NCBI GenBank assembly: GCA_951406725.2
Contig: OX597815.1
Span: 151,032,001 to 151,096,000 of the forward strand
Length of the DNA: 64,000 nucleotides
Reading direction: 5' to 3'
From: Octopus vulgaris
Taxonomy: Eukaryota
Shown here: positions 55,771 to 64,000 of the stretch, one piece after another
How positions within the stretch are numbered: the stretch's first letter is position 1
How the letters are laid out: each line of letters begins with the position of its first letter
The notes under the pieces: model-generated
Database searches by the model: none
What the model was told of the DNA's origin: nothing
The model's input: only the letters and a program-made list of their open reading frames with translations
Program-made: the position numbers and the translations under genes

Positions 55771-55995
55771 CAGTAAGCCCTCGACCATCGCGTGTGTTCT
55801 GTTCCAAAACCCCACCGCGATATGTGAAAATCCGCGAAGTAGAAACAGTGCTCTACTGTATATATTTTTAAATTATTTTTATAATTTGTATATATTTATT
55901 TTATTATAAATACGAAACAACTCCACGGAGGAATCGACGTAAGCTTAAATAATAAACCGCGATAGGTGAATCGCGATATGGCGAGGGAATAAAGT
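55771..55995. mobile_element. Tc1/pogo-like MITE
   Basis: TA-CAGTAAGCCCTCG...CGAGGGAATAAAG-TA; inverted homologue of 34418-34635. Confidence 0.65.
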
Positions 55996-56149
55996 ACAAT
56001 CATTCGGACCAGATTCCAAGTTTGTGGATACTTTCTCCCTTCCTGCTCACCAGTCTTGGAGACCCTGTAACAGATCGTGGGCACTGCATTCTCTCCTGAC
56101 TGTCAATAATGGCCGCTATACGAAAAGCAATGATAAAAATCTCCGTTTT

Positions 56150-56352
56150 GGTCTTAGTTCCTGGCCTAAACATTGGGCAGCAAGACATCTCTAATAATCC
56201 TGGTTTTGAGCATAGTCGACAGCATCTTCTCGAGTGATTTTAAGTTGCTTCAGATCTTCTTTGAAGGCAGCACATCATGTCTTCTTGCATCCTCCTCAGG
56301 TAGTATCCATTGCATAGTTATCTTGGATATTCATCCTTCTGGCAGTTCGGAA
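56150..56352 (-). mobile_element. RTE-like LINE 3' remnant
   Basis: LPEG*ISKITMQW..FKEDLKQLKITREDAVDYAQNQDY*RCLAAQC resembles an RTE C-terminus. Confidence 0.5.
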
Positions 56353-56468
56353 AACAGTAAATATAAACATGTTATAACATAAACACATACGGATGCACAC
56401 ACATATCTGTATATATAAAATACATAAATTAAATACATCAACAAACATGTTTATATACAAGCAGAGAA

Positions 56469-56525
<57 letters not shown>

Positions 56526-56701
56526 CAGAGACAGACAGACAGATAAACATATAAAAATGTTATAAACTTTCAAGAAGACGTGAACTAGTTTTTTAAATAT
56601 CTCGAAGCATACATAAAGCTTCAAGATACAGTAACTTTTCGCCATATCACTGTTCAACTATCGCGGTTCACCTATCGCGATTTATTATTTAAGCTTACGA
56701 A

Positions 56702-57157
56702 GGCGGCGAGCTGGCAGAAACGTTAGCACGCCGGTCGAAATGTTCAGCAGTATTTCGTCTGCCGTTACGTTCTGAGTTCAAATTCCGCCGAGGTCGACTT
56801 TGCCTTTCATCCTTTAGGGTCGATAAATTAAGTACCAGTTACGCACTGTAGTCGATGTAATAGACTTAATCCGGTTGTCTGTCCTTGTTTGTTCCTTCTA
56901 TGTTTAGCCCCTTGTGGGTAATAAAGAAACTGGTATTTCGTCTGCGGTTACGTTCTGAGTTCAAATTCCGCCTAAGTCGACTTTGCTTTTCATCCTTTCG
57001 GGGTCGATAAATTAAGTACCAGTTACGCACTGGAGTCAATATAATCGACTTAATCCGTTTGTTTGTCCTTGTTACCAGTGGAGTACTGGGGTCGACGTGA
57101 TCGACTGTCCCCCTCCCCACAAAATCCAAGCCTTGTGCCTATAGTACAAAGGATTAC
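56702..57157 (+). mobile_element. Multimeric SINE family B
   Basis: Family match. Confidence 0.85.
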
Positions 57158-57344
57158 TCACTCTCTCTCTCTCTCTCTCACACACACACGCGCGCGCGCA
57201 CACACACACTTCCTATCATTTTCCAACATGCTTTGTTTAAACATGACCTGCGAATCGCGCTTTTCTCTCTTTCACAATCTACTGCAGGTTGAGCAGATTG
57301 GCTTTTCTCGGGACTTCAAAGTTTGTGATTCTGTCCCTATGAGT

Positions 57345-57628
57345 CAGTGATTCTCAAACTTTTTTCGGGCTGCCGCCCCCTTGTCACCCAGAGCGCATTC
57401 CTAGTGTCCCCCCACCCCCAACTGACCATCACAAACATAGACTGCTTTCTGAAGCAAATTCAAAGCAACTGTATTTAACAAATAAAGCTCAACCTAATGA
57501 ACCTAATGAATATTTTGTTGTTTTTACATGAATCTCCACCCCATTATTGCCCCACATTTCTTCAACACCCCCTTGCGACTTTACACCGCCCCCCAGAAGG
57601 GCATTACTGCCCACTTTGAGAACCACTG
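57345..57628. mobile_element. hAT (Charlie-like) MITE
   Basis: TIRs CAGTGATTCTCAAA / TTTGAGAACCACTG. The flanking 8-mers CTATGAGT and CTGTTGGT could be a degenerate TSD. Confidence 0.75.
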
Positions 57629-58002
57629 CTGTTGGTGAACCCAAGTCTGAATGCAAAAGGAGGATGGTCGGCGGGCAAGTAACCCGCCACCGGAGCCTCT
57701 AAGGAAAACATTTATATGGAGAGAACTACAACAGAAACAGCAGGAAAAATTGTCAACGAAAAGAGCCGAGATTTATTGTTTTATTTATTTTTTTATTTCA
57801 TTTTTCATAAATTTTCAAGCAACGATTTTAATTAACGACGTTTGGATCAAGATGAATTGGAAGATTTTCTTTTTTCATCAGAGAACAAGTTAGCAGATAT
57901 TGGATCAAATCAGGAGACACAGAGAGAGAAAATTCGTCTGGGTCAGATAAAACTGTATACAGCTTTTTCTTTTGGTCTTCATTGAAATAACAGTTTGTGT
58001 GC

Positions 58003-58073
<71 letters not shown>

Positions 58074-58836
58074 ACAGACAGACAGACAGACAGACTGACA
58101 GACAGACAGACAGGCAGACAGAGGAGGAAGGAGAGAGAGATAAACTAATCCTTGTTGCAACAATACAATTTTCATACTGGCCCCATGTTAAAAAATGTAC
58201 ACTGACAGTGAAATTTTCATGAGAACCGGCGAGGTATCGAACACACGATCTTTGATTTGGCTTATGATTTGACACAAACCACAGAATGACATTTGATATT
58301 TTGTTTCAGGGGCCGGCTGACCTTTCTTAGCATTTTCCAGTTGGTTGCTTTTCTAAACATGAAAATAACAGTGATAATATGATTTTACTACTACAGTGCA
58401 TACTGCAAGTGAGAGGAGTCAAAAGCTTAATTCCACAGTGTAATGATAAAGTTCCATCAAACCCAGTGAATGACGAAGAATTCGATTTCCGGTGGAGCCA
58501 TTTTCACTCCACTTCTAGCAACAAAGAATTGTTACTTAACATGAACTCTAAATACTTTTGAATTGACTCACACGATTAAAAATTGTTTGCTGTTTGTTTG
58601 CTTACATGTATGTATGTATGTATGTATGTATGTATGTATGTATGTATGTATGCATACATGAATGTATGTATGTATGTGTGTGTGCATGTATGTATGTATG
58701 TATGTATGTATGTATGTATGTATGTATGTATGTATGTATGTGTGTACACACGTTATTTTGTCAGTCAAATGAAAGAGAAGTGCTCAATACATGTAGAGAA
58801 TATGGTTTTCTTTCATTGAAACTGATGCTAAGAATT

Positions 58837-58881
58837 TTCTCACGACTCGAGTTTCACACTACTGCGATCTTCAGGCGAGAA
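58837..58881 (-). ncRNA. Minimal type I hammerhead ribozyme
   Basis: TTCTCGC-CTGAAGA-T-CGC(AGTA)GTG-T-GAAA-CTCGAG-TC-GTGAGAA: 7-bp stem I, intact core, palindromic stem III ACTCGAGT, GTC triplet. Confidence 0.8.
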
Positions 58882-59009
58882 CTGAAAATCTCATTGGCTT
58901 GACTCTCAGTTGGTTTCAACAATAAAAAACTAAATATATTTTTTTCTAACATTATATATATGTATAGTTTCAAGAAAGAAAGAACGATAGACAGACAGGT
59001 AGATAGATA

Positions 59010-59397
59010 ATAGGGCCGACCGGAAATTTCTGAGCAAATTTCACAGTTGTGTCTTTAACGCTTCATAAAACAGATGTAAGCTTGTTATGACTGATATGTG
59101 GGCATCGCAGTAACCTATTAGTTACGTCTCACACCAAAATTCAGTTTATCTCTTATTAATGTCAGCCTTTATCAACGTAAAAAACAATGGATAACGAAAA
59201 GTTTCATTTTCAGCATGTAATGTATCTCTGTGAAAACGCTGCAGAAACGTGTAAAATCATTTGTGAAGGGAAATGATGAAGATGTTGTAGGTGAATCAAC
59301 GGTTCAAAGATGATTTTCAAAATTCAAACGCGTGTATTTCAGCTTCGAAGACGTAAGTCGCTCTAGAAGACCTTCAGAATTGGACGACATTGACACC
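59010..59397 (+). mobile_element. Mariner 5' fragment
   Basis: From 59187 it reads MDNEKFHFQHVM..NAAETCKIIC..DVVGESTVQR*FSKFK...FEDVSRSRRPSELD. Confidence 0.7.
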
Positions 59398-59730
59398 GAA
59401 TAATATTGGAATAAACCAGAAAATAGCAAACCATACAAAACAAAAATGACAAGGGACATTACAGAGTTGCCGGAAGTTCCAGAAATACTGCTCATAGACA
59501 CTTAGTGAAGCTTGTGTAGGTTTCTCACAACCCATCAAAGAAAAGCTGCATGAGTCGGTGTTCCATCTGCGACATGTTCTTAATACGTAACGTCTAGTCA
59601 TGGGGAAACATTACGCAGTATAGAAACAGATGACGGTTAGAGACAAGAAGGATATCGGAACGTACAAATCTATCTCAACGAAATTCCCTTGCAAGTATGG
59701 AAAAGTTCATACTGAGATGACGATCAAGAT

Positions 59731-59765
<35 letters not shown>

Positions 59766-60020
59766 TGCCTTGGCAGATAAATTCTGTTTGTTTGCTAAGA
59801 ATAGATGAAACCGTCGGTCTAGGATATAGCTGTTATGGTAAACGTTTTTAATTTTCATTCATTTCATGAATTTATCCCTTTTTGTGTGTCTAGCACAGCG
59901 CTTCTTTATTTGGAAGAATTTTATTGTATTTCTATATGAATAATATATAGTCTAATGACTAATTCGTTTTTTGTGCTGGGTCACTGGTAATAATTTATTT
60001 TTTATTACCCTATTTACTAT

Positions 60021-60071
60021 GTTTTCTCTGAAGATTTCTCTTGAATGAAACAGTACTAGTCCTGTAGAAGC
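60021..60071 (+). ncRNA. Hammerhead-like motif
   Basis: GTTTTC-T-CTGAAGA-TTTC(TCTT)GAAT-GAAA-CAG(TACTAGTC)CTG-TA-GAAGC. Confidence 0.5.
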
Positions 60072-60155
60072 TCCTTCTATATAATAAATTAATTTTACTC
60101 TGCTATGTATTGAGTACCTTACTTACTGTGGTTAACCCCGAATCAACCCGGGACC

Positions 60156-60189
<34 letters not shown>

Positions 60190-60262
60190 GAAATTATTGT
60201 ATACAGTGCTCAGGTGCACCACAACTTGTCAGAGTATATATATATATGTATGTATGTATGTG

Positions 60263-60327
<65 letters not shown>

Positions 60328-60408
60328 TATATGTCACCCCCTGGATTTATATGGATAATACCGTACAAAATTCTGGTGCATCTGACTTAAGTACCATATT
60401 CATTTGAA

Positions 60409-60457
<49 letters not shown>

Positions 60458-60670
60458 CAATTAAGGTTCAGCTACTTGCTTCACCACATACCGAATTTAG
60501 AAATAGGGGTTAAAATTCCTTTTCTGCTACTATAAGAATCTCCATGACCTATAAAGATTATTTTAACGTACCGATCTACTTGGTAAAATTATTGATTAAT
60601 TGATTAATCAATTAATTTAATTAATAAATTTTACCCTTTTATTATTAATTTAATATTATATATACAATGT

Positions 60671-60955
60671 GGAGGCGCAATGGCAAAGTGGTTAGAGCAG
60701 CGGACTCGCGGTCGGAGGAACGCGGTTTCGATTCCCAGACTGGGCGTTGTGTGCGAAAACACCTAAAAACTCAACGAGGCTCCGGCAGGGAGGGGGCGAT
60801 CCTTGTTGTACTCTTTCGCCACAACTTTCTCTCTCTTCCTGTTTCTTGAGTAACGCTGCGATGGACTGGCGTCCCATCCAGCTGGGGGGATCACATACGC
60901 CACAGAAACCGGGAAACCAGGCCCATGAGCCTGGCTGGGCTTGAAAAGGGCGACA
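60671..60955 (+). mobile_element. SINE family C subfamily
   Basis: Family match. Confidence 0.8.
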
Positions 60956-61069
60956 TTTATCGTTATATATATATTTTATATATATATTATATGAATATAT
61001 TATATAAATATATTATATATATATATTATATGCATATTATATATATATACTTAATCTTTTTTCTTTTAT

Positions 61070-62003
61070 TTTTATACTTGTCATTTGGTTGCAGCCATGC
61101 TGGAGCACCGCCTTGGAGGGTTTTAGCCGAACAAATCGACCTCAGGGCTTATTTCTTAAGCATAGTAGTTATTCTATCGGTCTGTGTTGCTGAACCGCTA
61201 CAATACGGGGTCGTAAACACACAAACACCGGTTGTCGAGCGGTGATGGGCAGGGCAAATACAGACACATAGACATACACACACATAGATATATACATGGA
61301 AAGCACTTTCCCAAAGTATCATGTAGTGGGACTGAACCCGGAATCATGTAGTTGGTAAGCAAGCTACTTACCACACAGCCGCTCCTGCGTCTATATATGA
61401 TTCAAAGAAAGTTTGGCTACGATTTCTAGCAAATTGAGTGACATTCCTTCATTGTGTTAGCTGTTATTTTTTACCACATTATAACTATTGTTGTTGTTGT
61501 TGTTGTTATACAGACGTTTGTTGTTGTCATGGTTACCACACAGCCACGCATGGGGATGTAAACATACCAGTATCGGTTGTCAAGCAACGTTGTGGGGAAC
61601 AAACACGCATACACACATACTTTTTACTCTTTTACTTGTTTCAGTCATTTGACTGTGGATATGCTGGAGCACCGCATTTAGTCGAGCAAATCGACTCCAG
61701 GTAAGCCTAGTACTTATTCTATCGATCTCTTTTGCTAGGTTACGGGGACGTAAACACACCACTATCGGTTATCAAGCGATTTTTGGGGGAACAAACACAC
61801 ACAATCATATACACACATACATATATACATACATACATACGACAGGCTTCTTTCAGTTTCCGTCAACCAAATCCACTCACAAGGCTTTGGTCAGCCTGAG
61901 GCTATAGTGCAAAACACTTGCCCAAGGTGCCACGCAGTGGGACTGAACCCGGAACCATGTGGTTGAGAAACAATCTACTTACCACACAGCCACTCCTGTG
62001 CCG
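61070..62003 (-). mobile_element. Two SINE family A copies (61070-61392, 61620-62003)
   Basis: Reverse-complement family match. Confidence 0.8.
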
Positions 62004-62147
62004 ATATATATACACACACACACACACACATACATACATACACACACACGCAAACATATATGTATTTTTTTCTCTCTCTCTCTAGTTTGAGCTCAGAGCT
62101 GCGGCCATGCTGGTGCTCCGCCGTTTTGCTACACAGAGAGAGAGGGG

Positions 62148-62229
<82 letters not shown>

Positions 62230-62539
62230 ACAGATATATTAGACGCCATAAGAATTTCACAAACTTGAAGTAATTCCTTTTTGAGATGTCTCCAAGCAGG
62301 CACGTAAAGCTCCAAGATATTCGGAGAAAATATCAGTACATATGTACCTATACAGAGATATTTATACATTTGTCGTAAGTCGATTCTCTAACCGTTTGCA
62401 ATCTCTCCCTCCTCCCTCCCTCCCTCTCTCTCTCCCTCCCCCCTCTCTCTCTCTCTCCTCACATTTTCCAACATACATTGTTAAAACATATTCTGTTCTT
62501 TGATTAATCTTCTAGCTAAATCTAAATATGTACGCAATG

Positions 62540-62614
<75 letters not shown>

Positions 62615-62903
62615 ACGCGTGTATCTTCTATCTTTTACTCGCTTCAGTCATTAGACTGTGGCCACGTTAGGGGCACTGCCTTGAAGAACTTTTAGTCGAA
62701 CAAATTGACCCTAGTACTTATTTTTATGGGGTCGTAACCACACCAACACCGGTTGTCAAGCGAAGGGGGCAAAAAAACACCAACACACTACAATTGTTTC
62801 TTGTTTATCTACATATTTCATGTTGTTCACACAGTTGTTGACGTCCTGTACCCATATATGCATATATATAGCATATATAGTATTTTCATTGTATTTTTCC
62901 GAT

Positions 62904-62975
62904 GGCCGGATAACTGAAGAGATGGTGGCGTGGATTTCCACCTCGGCATCTGAAACTCGGAGTTTTATCATGGCT
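62904..62975 (+). ncRNA. Type I hammerhead ribozyme
   Basis: GGCCG-GATAA-CTGAAGA-GATG..(GTGGA-TT-TCCAC)..CATC-T-GAAA-CTC-G-GAG-TT-TTATC-A-TGGCT. Confidence 0.7.
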
Positions 62976-63002
62976 ACCGAATAATTGTCACATAACATTT
63001 AC

Positions 63003-63053
<51 letters not shown>

Positions 63054-63309
63054 CAAAGGGTAATCAGAAATATTTCTATTACCAGTGAGCTAGGGTGTAA
63101 AAAAATTTTAACATCCTAGGCCTTTGGTAATGGAAATTTTAAATATTTCTGCTTACTCTTTGATATTATTAATTATTGATAATTTTTCTGGATAGTTTTC
63201 GAATCGAAAGCCGGCATTTTACATACTGCCAACAAGGAGCTGCGCTTGGGCGACAGATTTGAAAAATTAGAATGTATAAGCACTGGATTGCCTCGTATAT
63301 ATATATTTA

Positions 63310-63401
63310 ATCTAAGGTGTACCTGCTGAAGAAGACTTCGCCTAGCAAATAATTTTATTTGCTAAAAAAAACGTCTGAAACCATTGATCCAGGAGTTAGA
63401 T
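63310..63401 (+). ncRNA. Type I hammerhead ribozyme
   Basis: ATCTAA..CCTG-CTGAAGA-AGAC..(TAGCAAATAA-TT-TTATTTGCTA)..GTCT-GAAA-CCATTGA-TC-CAGG..TTAGAT, with one mismatch in stem III. Confidence 0.75.
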
Positions 63402-63525
63402 GTTATATGTTTTTATTTTTCATTCCCTTCGAAATGTTATCCCTAATAGTGGTTTGGAATTTAACTGTCCTCTCTAGCGTGCAAGGAATCCTATGATGGA
63501 TGCCTTTTATGTGTTTAAATGTACA

Positions 63526-63561
<36 letters not shown>

Positions 63562-63731
63562 GGAATTTTCCGTGTATATTTGTCCTGTACTCTATTTTTT
63601 TGTTGTTTAAGAAAAATGTCCAGTTCTTTGGTTTTGTGTTTATGTTTTCGTTTCTCATTGTGTTCGACGTTTTTTTGGTGTCTTGTACCCATATATGCGT
63701 GTATATATACATGTAGAGGTAGGTACGTACA

Positions 63732-63781
<50 letters not shown>

Positions 63782-63815
63782 TATGTTTTATTTATTAATA
63801 TATTATATATACACA

Positions 63816-63985
63816 GGAGGCGCAATGGCCCAGTGGTTAGGGCAGCGGACTCGCGGTCGTAGGATCGCGGTTTCGATTCCCAGACCGGGCGTTGTGTGTG
63901 TTTATTGAGCGAAAACACCTAAAGCTCCACGAGGCTCCGGCAGGGATGATGATGATCCCTGCTGTACTCTTTCACCACAACTTTC
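63816..63985 (+). mobile_element. SINE family C 5' part
   Basis: GGAGGCGCAATGGCCCAGTGGTTAGGGCAGCGGACTCGCGG head. Confidence 0.85.
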
Positions 63986-64000
63986 AAAGTTCTTACTATT

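Noticed and set aside
57651-58561. Short ORFs that might be host exons
   Set aside because: No recognisable protein similarity or consistent exon structure.

Overview
AT-rich, repeat-saturated eukaryotic non-coding DNA. The SINE families and microsatellite load suggest an octopus or other coleoid cephalopod (inference). I found no credible host protein-coding exon, and most listed ORFs are microsatellite read-throughs. The window holds: three abundant SINE families; fragments of restriction-like-endonuclease (R4/Dong-like) LINEs sitting in (TAA)n or (TACA)n tracts; a ~550-bp non-coding element present 7 times, always touching a (TAA)n tract; a ~2-kb CR1/L2-type LINE whose 3' stem-loop is shared with one SINE family; two Penelope-like elements (RT + GIY-YIG); mariner fragments; MITEs; and an 18S rRNA fragment. 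The most striking signal is about 10 type-I hammerhead ribozyme (HHR) motifs, found by eye, in several unrelated short elements, mostly next to (TA)n or (TATG)n tracts. They include a 546-bp-period terminally redundant retrozyme-like insert (27566-28286), a U3:A8 compensatory core variant, and a G.U-rich hairpin plus HHR element (63047-63520). All structures were read manually, not computed.
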